A stretch of 64,000 nucleotides of DNA, from NCBI GenBank assembly GCA_964554015.1, contig CAZKMO010000003.1, positions 127 through 64,126 on the forward strand, written 5' to 3'. Below are positions 18,365 through 28,118 of the stretch, piece by piece. The position numbers and the translations under genes are program-made. The notes under the pieces are model-generated. The model was not told the DNA's origin. It searched no databases and saw only the letters and a list, made by a program, of their open reading frames with translations. How positions within the stretch are numbered: the first letter of the stretch is position 1; each line of letters opens with the position of its first letter. Origin of the DNA: an uncultured bacterium. Its GTDB lineage: Bacteria; Zhuqueibacterota; QNDG01; CAYUAG01.

Positions 18365-19420
18365 TTAAATGGAAGCATCCAAATCAAGCATTTTAGTCCC
18401 TTTGATGTATTCTTTGGAAACCGGTTTGGATATTCGAGCTAGTTTCTGGGTTATACTTTTAATTCTTAAGGCATTATCAATAATAATATTCAAGCGTTTT
18501 CGGATATCCTCATCAGTAATTCTCTCATCCTGAAGAAGAAACTGGGCATGTCCAAGTATCGGGACTAAAGGATTGTTTATGGCATGATTTACCGTAATTG
18601 CAGTTTCAAGAATGGTTGCTAATCTTTCTGAACGTTGTATAGATGAACTATCTACATCTTCCTTTTGGTGCATGGTAAGCGCTAAACAGCCGATTACATT
18701 CCCATTAATATCTTTCATTGGTGATAAAGAAAGACTAACTGGAATTTTATTTTTTGTTTTATCTATTAAAAATGTCTTATAATTGGTTAATTTTCCGTCT
18801 TTGTTGACTGTATTAAATATTTTTAACAGTTCTGAAGATCCATCATTTAATAACTCACTTATATTTAAACCTATTAATTCTTTGAATTTATATTTTAATA
18901 ATCGTATACTTGCTTTATTACAATAAGTAATATATCCCTTATTATCAGCAGTAAATATTGACTCTACTGAACTTTCAAGTACATTTTCCAGAAAATATTT
19001 ACCATTATTCATGGTTTTTTGAAATTTTTTATTGTTCTTGGAGACAACATTTGAAATTATAATTTTGTTAATAAAATTAATTAAATCATTGGTGTGGAAA
19101 GGTTTATTAAAATGTGAGTAGAAACCTTGTTTATTTAAGGTTGACTCGTTTGTTGTGCCATTGGAGGTTAAAAGAATAAAAGGAATATTTTTATGATTAT
19201 TTTGAGAATGTATCTTATTAATAAAATCTTCCGCACTCATGTCGGACAATCTTTCATCTACAAAAATAATATCAAATATATTATTTGAAGATTTTTTTAA
19301 ACCTGAGGATCCACTATCTGCAGTTATACAATGAAAAGATGAATTTGATAAAGTTTTCTGAACATCAGTGCATAGTGAATTATCACTATCAATATATAAT
19401 ACTTTTTTTAATGATTTCAT
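18365..19420 (-). CDS. Signalling protein with an atypical receiver, a PAS domain and a DHp (HisKA) domain, ending without any ATPase domain
   Basis: H-box ITVNHAINNPLVPILGHAQFL sits at the C-terminus with no N/G1/G2 boxes after it. The 4-nt ATGA overlap with the upstream regulator suggests translational coupling. Confidence 0.65.
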   Translation of the reverse strand: MKSLKKVLYIDSDNSLCTDVQKTLSNSSFHCITADSGSSGLKKSSNNIFDIIFVDERLSDMSAEDFINKIHSQNNHKNIPFILLTSNGTTNESTLNKQGFYSHFNKPFHTNDLINFINKIIISNVVSKNNKKFQKTMNNGKYFLENVLESSVESIFTADNKGYITYCNKASIRLLKYKFKELIGLNISELLNDGSSELLKIFNTVNKDGKLTNYKTFLIDKTKNKIPVSLSLSPMKDINGNVIGCLALTMHQKEDVDSSSIQRSERLATILETAITVNHAINNPLVPILGHAQFLLQDERITDEDIRKRLNIIIDNALRIKSITQKLARISKPVSKEYIKGTKMLDLDASI

Positions 19421-19794
19421 ACTCTTTTTTCTAATCTTTCCTCAACCAACTGTTTTAAAGTGAAAAGATCCCAGGGTTTGGATAAATACAAAGTACCATC
19501 TTCTTTATTCTCACTAATATTTCCAAATTTTAGATCAAGATAACCAGAAGTTAAAACTCTGATTGTTTCCGGATTTTTATTGCGAATATCGGTTAATAAA
19601 TCAGAACCTGAGTCATCCGGAAGTTTCAAATCAGTCAGTATAAAATCTACTTTATGTTTTTTCATAATATTTCTCGCCTCTTCTGCTTTCGTTGCTGTAT
19701 ACAATTCATACTCCTCATCTTTGAAAAGATCAACTAGAATGTCGAGTATTTCTTTTTCATCATCGACAAATAACAGGGATTTTACTTTTTTCAT
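19417..19794 (-). CDS. Single-domain CheY-like response regulator
   Basis: LLFVDDEKE, ILTDLKLPDDSG, LTSG and SKPW motifs; RBS GGAGGG upstream. Confidence 0.85.
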   Translation of the reverse strand: MKKVKSLLFVDDEKEILDILVDLFKDEEYELYTATKAEEARNIMKKHKVDFILTDLKLPDDSGSDLLTDIRNKNPETIRVLTSGYLDLKFGNISENKEDGTLYLSKPWDLFTLKQLVEERLEKRV

Positions 19795-19847
19795 TATACC
19801 CTCCGGTTTATAGTAAATATTACCTACTCAAATTCATTTCAAAAAAA

Positions 19848-19862
19848 GCAACATCTATGCCA
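19848..19862 (-). promoter_or_regulatory. Candidate sigma-54 promoter for the regulator / PAS-DHp operon
   Basis: Minus-strand TGGCATAGATGTTGCT (GG-N10-GC), about 50 nt upstream of the ATG at 19794 and directly downstream of a sigma-54 activator gene. Confidence 0.55.
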
Positions 19863-19994
19863 TAAATGTACTAACCGGATAAATATAATGATATCAGGTA
19901 TTTAGATACATTCTAATTACAAAAATTATACTTTAAATATTTTAATAAAAGGCAAGCTTTTCCTGCAGGATACGGATAGTTTTTCCGTTTTGAA

Positions 19995-21365
19995 TTATAT
20001 ATCTATTCCCTCTTTACGATATTCATTTAATTTATTTCGAAGTGTCCTAACACTTATTCCCAAGCTTTCTGCAGTTTCTGTCCTATTACCGTCAAACTGT
20101 TTTAACTTCTGTAGAATCATAACTTGTTCAATTGCTCGTAAAGTCATATCTTTGGAAAAACTATCTGTTTCTTCACGAACATATTGATCCTGAAGAGAAA
20201 AGTGTTTGAGTTCTAAGGTTTTACTCTGAGGACCGGATAATACGACTGCTCTTTCAACACAATTTTCAATTTCTCTCACATTACCCGGCCATTTTCTGTT
20301 GATTAAAATCTGTAATGCTTTATCAGAAATTTTCTTTTCTGCATAATTATTTTCTTTACAGTATAATTTTATAAAATGGTTGATTAATAAAGGAATATCT
20401 TCTCTTCTTTCCGCTATGACGGGTACTTTAATGGGAACAACATTCAACCTATAAAAAAGATCTTCTCTAAATCTATTTTCCTTAACTTCTTTTTTTAAAT
20501 CTTTATTCGTCGTAGCAATTATCCTCACATCAATAGGTATTACTTTACCACTCCCTACTCTTTCAATTTCCTTTTCTTGTAAAACTCGTAAAAGTTTTGC
20601 TTGAAGTCCGAAACTTATTTCAGAGATTTCATCCAAAAGAATAGAACCACCATCTGCCAGTTCAAATCGTCCTTTACTGGTTTTATATGCACCCGTAAAA
20701 GCTCCTTTTTCATGGCCGAATAGTTCGCTTTCCACCAAACTTTCTGGTAAGGAGGCACAATTCGTAGTAATGAAGGGTGCGTTTTTTCTATTACTGTTAT
20801 AATGAATTGATCTAGCAATAAGTTCTTTTCCAGTGCCACTTGGCCCTTGAATTAGTATAGTGGCTTTACTCTTGGCCACCATTTCAATAGTATTAAAAAT
20901 CTTGTCCATTGGTTTACTTTGGCCAATAATATTCTTAAAACTAAATTTTTTATTTAATTCCGACCGTAAATACTTATTCTCATCTTTTAAATCTTCAAAT
21001 TCAAAATATTTTTTTACCACAATTTTAATTTCGTCGATCTCGAATGGCTTGGCAATATAATCAAATGCACCATCTTTCATGGATTTTACTGCACTTTTTA
21101 TGGAACCATAAGCAGTAATCATAATAACACCAATTTCAGGATATTTTGATTTAATTTTTTCGAGAATTTCCATACCGCTAATATCCGGAAGCCGTATATC
21201 AGTTATAACAAGATCAAAGTCATCCGAACTTATCATTTTAAATGCTTGTTCACCATTCTCTGCAGTTTCCACGGTGTATTTTTCTTTCTCAAAGGTATCC
21301 TTTAACAATTCTCGAATCAATTCCTCATCATCAATAACTAATATGTTCTTATTTTTTTTCTTCAA
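19995..21365 (-). CDS. Sigma-54-dependent response regulator (NtrC/Fis family)
   Basis: Receiver ILVIDDEE...ITDIRLPDISG; GPSGTGKE; ESELFGHEKGAFTGA; C-terminal TAESLGISVRTLRNKL helix-turn-helix. Confidence 0.9.
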   Translation of the reverse strand: MKKKNKNILVIDDEELIRELLKDTFEKEKYTVETAENGEQAFKMISSDDFDLVITDIRLPDISGMEILEKIKSKYPEIGVIMITAYGSIKSAVKSMKDGAFDYIAKPFEIDEIKIVVKKYFEFEDLKDENKYLRSELNKKFSFKNIIGQSKPMDKIFNTIEMVAKSKATILIQGPSGTGKELIARSIHYNSNRKNAPFITTNCASLPESLVESELFGHEKGAFTGAYKTSKGRFELADGGSILLDEISEISFGLQAKLLRVLQEKEIERVGSGKVIPIDVRIIATTNKDLKKEVKENRFREDLFYRLNVVPIKVPVIAERREDIPLLINHFIKLYCKENNYAEKKISDKALQILINRKWPGNVREIENCVERAVVLSGPQSKTLELKHFSLQDQYVREETDSFSKDMTLRAIEQVMILQKLKQFDGNRTETAESLGISVRTLRNKLNEYRKEGIDI

Positions 21366-21376
21366 TGATTTTCCTA

Positions 21377-22036
21377 TTATATTTCGATTTTTAAAATATT
21401 AATTCCATCATTTTTTGATAACGCTGAATATTTTCCTTTTAACAAACCTACCATATTTTGGGTAATGGCAAAACATAATCTTGCATAAAGGTATCGGGAT
21501 TCCTTCATTAAATTTTTTATGTAGTCAGATATATCCGTATTATTTTTAATATCTTTTTCGAAATAAATTTTGATTGTAAGTTTTTTTCCCTTGGATAAAG
21601 TAACCAAGATTTTTTTTATTTTGCTATTAATTTCCTGTAAAAATTGTATTGCATTTCTAAAAAGTTCTTCCAAAATATCTTGATCAGATATTATTTCAAT
21701 ATACTTATCTTCAAGAGATTTATCAAAATCAAGCTTTTTTATTAAATCTTCATCATTACTGGATATATTTTTTAAAATTTCTCTAAACAAATATTCGATC
21801 TTCACTTTCTCTTCTTGAAGCTCTCTCATTCTAACCAGAGACATTAATTTTAAGGTTATTTCATTCACTCCAATAACACCATCATTAATTTTTTTTACAT
21901 ATCGCATTTTAGGATCATTAGAATTTAATTCTTTTTCCAGAAGAGTAGCATAGCCACCTATCCCTCCAAGTCCGTTTTTAATTTTATGGATTACATCAGC
22001 AATTAATTTATTAATAAATATATATTTAGTATACAT
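21377..22036 (-). CDS. Small DHp/HisKA-like protein with a degenerate or absent ATPase domain
   Basis: H-box-like ADVIHKIKNGLGGIGGYATLL; possible N-box LFRNAIQFL, but no DxGxG or GxGxG boxes. Wedged between a hybrid kinase and a sigma-54 activator (11-nt gap). Confidence 0.45.
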   Translation of the reverse strand: MYTKYIFINKLIADVIHKIKNGLGGIGGYATLLEKELNSNDPKMRYVKKINDGVIGVNEITLKLMSLVRMRELQEEKVKIEYLFREILKNISSNDEDLIKKLDFDKSLEDKYIEIISDQDILEELFRNAIQFLQEINSKIKKILVTLSKGKKLTIKIYFEKDIKNNTDISDYIKNLMKESRYLYARLCFAITQNMVGLLKGKYSALSKNDGINILKIEI

Positions 22037-22053
22037 AGTTAATTATATGCACT

Positions 22054-24516
22054 TTACTCATTAATATATGAACGAATTTTAGCAAGCAAGGGACGTATTT
22101 CAAAGGGTTTTTCAATAAATCCAGTCACTTTCCGTTTGTAAATATTTTCAATCTTTTCTTTTTCACCCTTTCTGGAAGTGGCAATAATTTTAACTTCAGG
22201 ATTAATTTTCTTAAACCAGGCTAACACCTTTTTTATGGGCATTCCTCTTAAGGCAATATCAAGAATTATCAAATCAATTCGACTTTTATATTTTTTATAT
22301 ATAGCAATTGCTTCTGAACTATTTTCAGCACTGATAACTTTATATCCATAACGGTTAAGCATCTTCCGAGCTGTCTCTCTGATAATTTTTTCACTATCGA
22401 CCAATAAAATAGTTTCTTTGCCCAGTGAAGGTTTAATATCCTTTTTTGTTTCTATATCAGTTGATTTTCTTTTTTGGGCTGATAGATGAATTTTAAATAC
22501 AGTACCTCTGTTCTTTTCACTAAAGACTGAAATAAAACCAGAATGCTTTCTTATTACATTCTGCACCATAGCCAATCCCATACCTTTACTATTTGAATCA
22601 ACATTTTTGGTAGAAAAATCAGGATCAAAAATTTTACTTTTTATTTCATTACTAATACCTTTTCCATTATCACTTATTTCAATCTGTACATATTTTCCTG
22701 GTTTGGCATTATACATTTTACAGACATTAGTATCATTTAATTCAATATTCCGAGTTTTAAAGAATATTTTACCACCATCAGGTATTGCATCCCTGGAATT
22801 TAAGGCAACCTGTAGTATGGCCTGTTGTATTTGACTTGCATCTGCCCTAATCAAATATACATCCGGATTTAATTCTGCATGTATAGATTTATTATTTTCT
22901 AGCGTTCTGGAAAGTATAGTGGCTACTTCTCTGATTAATTCGTTGACATCAAGAGAATCAACTATGTATGAACTTCCCTTTGAATACGCTGAAAGCCGTC
23001 CGGCCAATTCGGAAGCTTTTTCAGCGGAATTGGAAATTTGTATAATATCATCGTAAAATTGATTATCTTTAGATACTTCTTCTTTTAATAAAGAACTGAA
23101 TCCTAATATGGAAGCAAGCTGATTGTTGAAATCATGAACTATACCACCGGTTAAAATACCAAGAGATTCCATTTTTCTAGCTTGTATTAACTGATCTTTT
23201 AAACGTCGTTCATCACTTTGATTAATCCAATACCATAATTCTGATGTAACATTCTCATGTATTATTTTTGCAATTGAGCATTTTATTTCACATCGACTTC
23301 CATCACTGGTGATTATATTTATATCACAAATTTTATTTTTCTTTTCATTATTACTATTTCTTAACTTATTTATTTCCTCTTGTGATTCTGGAGTAAGAAA
23401 ATCAAATATTTTTCTCCCTTTTAGATTTTCTTGAGTGATTTCCAATATTTCACAAATCCATTCATTAACAAATTCAATTTTATCATTTTTTATGCATAAT
23501 ATACCTAAAAGAGGTGAATTATAAATTGATTTTGTTATATCGTCTGATTGGGGAGTTTTATTAATATTTAATTGAATAATTTTTTGAACAGATTGGACAT
23601 TATTTTCCAAGAAGGTAATATCTCGTTCCTCCCACATTTCTTGTTTTTTACCCAAAACGACTATATACCCTTTAATATTATTTTCTTCAGGTATTGGGAC
23701 AATTAGTGATGATTCATACTCAGTTAAAGAAACAAGATAATTTTTCAATTCCTCAGAGGTAATTCCCAAAACAAAATCAGATACGTTTTTTATTAAACAC
23801 ATACCATTTTTATTCACTGAAGCTGATGAAACTTCCGGGCAGGCATCGATCACTCTATTCCAAATTTGTGGACTCCAAAAAATATATTCATCTTTTTTAT
23901 TTTCATAAAGTTTATTGTCATGGGAAGATTTTTTTAAGAAGATATTTCCCAATGATTGTTTATCAGTTACTATCCCTATTTCCCAGGAATCTAAAATATT
24001 TTGAATATCAATCATGATTTTTTTAAGATCAGAGATGCTTACTTCATGATTTACAATTTTTTGAGCAATTTTATTAGAAAAGTCTCTCTCTTGTTCTAAG
24101 CAGGCAAGTTCAGTTATATCCTGAATATATAATCGAATAAATTTAGGTTTCCCGGAATCATCCAAATGTGCCAAACCATTAATTCTTACTGAAAAACTTT
24201 CTCCTTTCCCTTGCATGGTTGCTCTAATACTACGAATATATCCTTTATTGAGGCATTGTTTAAGAGAGTCTTGAATTATTTCTAAATCTTTTTCTATGAA
24301 AAAATCGATAAATTTTTTACCTAAAATCTCAATATCGGAAAAATTCATTTTTTCCTGGGCGGTAACATTACAGGATTCAATCTGATAAGTATCATTAATA
24401 AGAAAATAAAGAATATCAACTTTAGAATAAAATTCTTTATACACCCTTTCCGGAAGTTGGGAAAAATTAAGATTTTTATCAGTTATTTTGGGTTTTAATT
24501 CATCCATTTTTAGCAA
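22054..24516 (-). CDS. Cytoplasmic hybrid sensor histidine kinase (PAS/GAF-like sensory region, HisKA, HATPase_c, C-terminal receiver)
   Basis: H-box GGIVHDFNNQLASILGFSSLL; SDNGKGI, GMGLAM; C-terminal receiver ILLVDSE...ILDIALRGM. Confidence 0.85.
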   Translation of the reverse strand: MLKMDELKPKITDKNLNFSQLPERVYKEFYSKVDILYFLINDTYQIESCNVTAQEKMNFSDIEILGKKFIDFFIEKDLEIIQDSLKQCLNKGYIRSIRATMQGKGESFSVRINGLAHLDDSGKPKFIRLYIQDITELACLEQERDFSNKIAQKIVNHEVSISDLKKIMIDIQNILDSWEIGIVTDKQSLGNIFLKKSSHDNKLYENKKDEYIFWSPQIWNRVIDACPEVSSASVNKNGMCLIKNVSDFVLGITSEELKNYLVSLTEYESSLIVPIPEENNIKGYIVVLGKKQEMWEERDITFLENNVQSVQKIIQLNINKTPQSDDITKSIYNSPLLGILCIKNDKIEFVNEWICEILEITQENLKGRKIFDFLTPESQEEINKLRNSNNEKKNKICDINIITSDGSRCEIKCSIAKIIHENVTSELWYWINQSDERRLKDQLIQARKMESLGILTGGIVHDFNNQLASILGFSSLLKEEVSKDNQFYDDIIQISNSAEKASELAGRLSAYSKGSSYIVDSLDVNELIREVATILSRTLENNKSIHAELNPDVYLIRADASQIQQAILQVALNSRDAIPDGGKIFFKTRNIELNDTNVCKMYNAKPGKYVQIEISDNGKGISNEIKSKIFDPDFSTKNVDSNSKGMGLAMVQNVIRKHSGFISVFSEKNRGTVFKIHLSAQKRKSTDIETKKDIKPSLGKETILLVDSEKIIRETARKMLNRYGYKVISAENSSEAIAIYKKYKSRIDLIILDIALRGMPIKKVLAWFKKINPEVKIIATSRKGEKEKIENIYKRKVTGFIEKPFEIRPLLAKIRSYINE

Positions 24517-24536
24517 CTATTAAAAAATTTGCTTTC

Positions 24537-27005
24537 TTATTGAGATAAAATTTCATCTACTTTTTCAATAAACATCTCTGTCTGAAAAGGTTTTTTAATA
24601 AAATACTCTCCATTCAGCTTTAATAAATCTGGTCGGTCTTCCGGTCCATATCCACTGGTAAAAATTATATCAATCTCCGGTTTAATATTTCTTAAAATTT
24701 TACTTGTTTCCATTCCATCCATAACCGGCATAATAACATCAATAATAACTAATGCTATACTATCTATATTCTTTTTGAAAACTTCAACTGCTTCTTTTCC
24801 ATCTTTTGCTAATAAAACTTTATATCCACCTTTATTCAGCATTCGTTCACCGACTTCACGAATGACATCTTCATCATCAACAAATAAAATATATTTTGAA
24901 TTATCATTTATAACTTTCTTTTTAATATTCGTCTGATTTTCTTTTATACGTGGAAAAAATATTATTACATTGGTTCCCTTTCCAATCTCACTTTCAACCT
25001 TAATATATCCGTTGTGATTTTTGACAATTCCGTACACCATGGACATACCCAAGCCCGTTCCTTCACCTTGAGGTTTTGTGGTGAAAAAAGGTTCAAATAT
25101 TCTTAATTTTGTTTTTTTATCCATACCAAAACCAGTGTCACTAATGGTAATTTTTACATAATCTCCTTGTACTAAATTTGATATATATTCCTTATGAGAT
25201 TGATGCATTGTAATATTTTTAGTAATAATAGTTAATTTTCCACCTTCAGGCATTACATCTCTGGCATTTAAACAAATATTATGTAAAGTTTGGTGAATCT
25301 GACGCGAATCACCATAAATTGACCAAATATTTTTTTCAAGATTTGTTTCAATTATTACTGATTTATCCAAAGAATGGGAAAGAATAGCTACTACATCGTT
25401 TATTAAATTATTAATATTAATCTTAGTTACTTGATATTTTCCGCCTCTGGCAAAAGCAAGTATCCGGTTACTTAACTCTGCACCTCGTTTTGCAGTTTCA
25501 GCAATAGCTTGTATATCATTATAAAAGGGATGATCATCTGAGATTTCACTTAATAATAATGATGAAAATCCTAATATACCTCCTAGAAGATTATTAAAGT
25601 CATGGGCGATTCCACCAGCTAAGGTACCAAGTGATTTTAATTTTTGATTTTCAAGTAATTGTAATTCAAGATTTTTTCGTTCTGATATATCTATAATATA
25701 TCCAAATACTGCATTTTTTTGATTTAGAATTATATTGGATATGTATAATTCACACCAGCACATTTTACCATCTTTTCTAATTAAACGAATTTCATCTCTA
25801 AAGTTGGTTTTTTCACCTTTTTCTAAAAATTCATGATGACTAACAATTTTACTCCTGTCCTCAGCATCCACTAAATCATAAAATTCAATATCGTTCAGTT
25901 CATTCTCTGAATACCCGCTTATGGTTCTAAACATAGCATTGGTAAATTTTATTAATCCATTTTGTACTATGTAGATACCTAATATACTGGACTCAATTAA
26001 TATTCGATATTTTTCCCGGGATTCTCTTAAGATTGTTTCTAGCTCTTTTTTTCTGGTAATATCATTGATAAATGTCTGAATTACATTTTTTCCTTGGAAT
26101 TGAACTAAAGTACTTTTTAATTCTGCATAAAATTTTGTATTATCATTTTTTTTCAATATAGTTTCCAAGGATTCAACATTGTTTTTATTAATTACTTGTG
26201 AAAAATATTTTTTCTGTTTTTTGTACTCACTTTCTCCAGTTAAAAATTGAAATTTAGTATTTAGTAGTTTCTTTTTCTTTATTCCGAACAGTTTACAGGC
26301 TGCTTTATTAATTTCAACTATATCTCCATCTAGGGTATGGACTATAAGTCCATTATTGATACCATCAAATAAAGCATGATATTGTGCTTCTTTTTCTAAT
26401 AATTTTTTTGTGCCTAATTCGATCCTCTCCTCTACTTCTGAAGTCCATTTTTTTAGTTCCTCGTTTTTTTTCTTTAATTCATCGTACAATCGTGCATTTT
26501 GTAATGCGAAAGACAGAACCGAAGAAATAAAGGATATAAATTCACTTATTTTGGATTTATCTCTCCAACCAGAATAATTAATCAACAATAAGACATCAAT
26601 ATAGTCTTTTTTAATATTTATGGGACTAAATATTAGGGAATGACACTGATTATTTTTAAATTGTTCACTGATAAGTTTATCAACTGCAAAATCATCATAA
26701 AAAAGTATATCTTTTTTTACAAATCCTTTTTTTAATAAACTTAACTGAAGTCTGGAATTAATTATTGGTTCTTCATTTAAGGGTGCCGTAGAAATTATTT
26801 TTTGTTTCTTTCGTTTATTCCAATTTAATAATAAAATCTGTTCAGATAAGCTTCGTTTCTGCAGTTCGACTAATATTTTCTTAATTCTCTGCCAAGGATC
26901 CAAAGAGATTCGAAAAATATCTTTTCCACTAACCCAATTAATTAAAGATTGATTGATATCGGATGGTGAAATCGTATTATCTTTCTTTTTTATAAATAAA
27001 CCCAA
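24537..27005 (-). CDS. Cytoplasmic hybrid sensor histidine kinase (GAF/PAS, HisKA, HATPase_c, receiver). Apparent TTG start.
   Basis: H-box GGIAHDFNNLLGGILGFSSLL; SDTGFGM, GTGLGMSM; C-terminal receiver ILFVDDED...IIDVIMPVMDG. Confidence 0.85.
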   Translation of the reverse strand: MGLFIKKKDNTISPSDINQSLINWVSGKDIFRISLDPWQRIKKILVELQKRSLSEQILLLNWNKRKKQKIISTAPLNEEPIINSRLQLSLLKKGFVKKDILFYDDFAVDKLISEQFKNNQCHSLIFSPINIKKDYIDVLLLINYSGWRDKSKISEFISFISSVLSFALQNARLYDELKKKNEELKKWTSEVEERIELGTKKLLEKEAQYHALFDGINNGLIVHTLDGDIVEINKAACKLFGIKKKKLLNTKFQFLTGESEYKKQKKYFSQVINKNNVESLETILKKNDNTKFYAELKSTLVQFQGKNVIQTFINDITRKKELETILRESREKYRILIESSILGIYIVQNGLIKFTNAMFRTISGYSENELNDIEFYDLVDAEDRSKIVSHHEFLEKGEKTNFRDEIRLIRKDGKMCWCELYISNIILNQKNAVFGYIIDISERKNLELQLLENQKLKSLGTLAGGIAHDFNNLLGGILGFSSLLLSEISDDHPFYNDIQAIAETAKRGAELSNRILAFARGGKYQVTKININNLINDVVAILSHSLDKSVIIETNLEKNIWSIYGDSRQIHQTLHNICLNARDVMPEGGKLTIITKNITMHQSHKEYISNLVQGDYVKITISDTGFGMDKKTKLRIFEPFFTTKPQGEGTGLGMSMVYGIVKNHNGYIKVESEIGKGTNVIIFFPRIKENQTNIKKKVINDNSKYILFVDDEDVIREVGERMLNKGGYKVLLAKDGKEAVEVFKKNIDSIALVIIDVIMPVMDGMETSKILRNIKPEIDIIFTSGYGPEDRPDLLKLNGEYFIKKPFQTEMFIEKVDEILSQ

Positions 27006-27051
27006 AGTATACCTAAAAGTTTAATTCAAAAATAGTAATCATTTTTATTTT

Positions 27052-27067
27052 TGCAAAGTTCATACCA
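27052..27067 (-). promoter_or_regulatory. Candidate sigma-54 promoter for the hybrid-kinase operon
   Basis: Minus-strand TGGTATGAACTTTGCA (GG-N10-GC, TTTGCA), about 45 nt upstream of the start at 27005, inside a 400-bp AT-rich intergenic region. Confidence 0.45.
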
Positions 27068-27404
27068 ATTTTACCAAAATTCGTTAGTATATATCTTTTT
27101 TTATCCATAAATAAAATCAATCACTTATTTAAAAGATAAAAAAAGATTCAATACCTTATAAACTAAAAAAATTTAATTTAATATTAAGTCAATATAATAT
27201 TTACTAAATGTTTATTTTTATTGATATCGAAAACCAAAAAAATATGAAAATTTTTTCAAAAATATACCTGCATGGCTAAATTATATTATTATTAAAAATA
27301 AAAATTTACTGTTTTTAATAAGCCTGGATTGAAAATCCTACTATAACATCAATAGTAAATTGAAACTAACCATTTCAGAATGATATTGTATAGTACAATT
27401 CTCT

Positions 27405-28118
27405 TTACTTTCTAATCATGGGTACAAATCGGACAGGCAGCAATTTCTTTTTATAAATTTTCCCATTTACTTTTCGAATTAAAATCAACTCCTGAAAAAC
27501 CGATCCTTTGGGGAGAATCATTCTTCCTTCACTTGCTAATTGATTTACCAGTTTCTCCGGAATCTCAGGTGGAGCTGCTGTAACAATAATGGCATCAAAG
27601 GGTGCTTGTTCAGGCCATCCGTTGTAACCATCACCATATTTGCAATGGACATTATTATATCCCAGTTTGGTAAGAGTTTTTTGGGCTCTAATTTTTAATT
27701 CTTCAACTATTTCCATGGAATAAACGTCACATCCAATTTCTGCTAAAATAGCAGCTTGATATCCTGAACCAGTTCCAATTTCAAGAACTTTTTCACTTCC
27801 GTCAAGATGCAACATCTGGGTCATATAGGCAACAATATAAGGCTGAGAGATAGTCTGCCCATAGCCAATGGGTAAGGGTTCGTCATAATAAGCTTCTGAT
27901 CGATACTTTTCAGGAACAAATAAATGTCGCTTTACATTCTTAAACGCTTGCAATACTAATGAATCTTTAATACCACGACTTATTAATTGATTTTCAATCA
28001 TTGCTATTCTTTTTGCCATATACAGATCACCTGTTTGTTGTTCCGTAAACTTAGTGTTATCTGGATTGCACCGACAACTTAAGAAAAAAAATACTATAAT
28101 TATTCCTCTTCTGATCAC
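27405..28118 (-). CDS. pcm: Protein-L-isoaspartate O-methyltransferase
   Basis: VLEIGTGSGYQAAILAEI SAM-binding motif and LPIGYGQTISQPYIVA. Confidence 0.85.
   Translation of the reverse strand: MIRRGIIIVFFFLSCRCNPDNTKFTEQQTGDLYMAKRIAMIENQLISRGIKDSLVLQAFKNVKRHLFVPEKYRSEAYYDEPLPIGYGQTISQPYIVAYMTQMLHLDGSEKVLEIGTGSGYQAAILAEIGCDVYSMEIVEELKIRAQKTLTKLGYNNVHCKYGDGYNGWPEQAPFDAIIVTAAPPEIPEKLVNQLASEGRMILPKGSVFQELILIRKVNGKIYKKKLLPVRFVPMIRK

Noticed and set aside
19960-19994. Terminator-like hairpin (ACGGA-N7-TCCGT) after the sigma-54 activator gene
   Set aside because: Only a 5-bp stem and no downstream U-tract. A sigma-54 promoter follows immediately, so read-through plus promoter is equally plausible.
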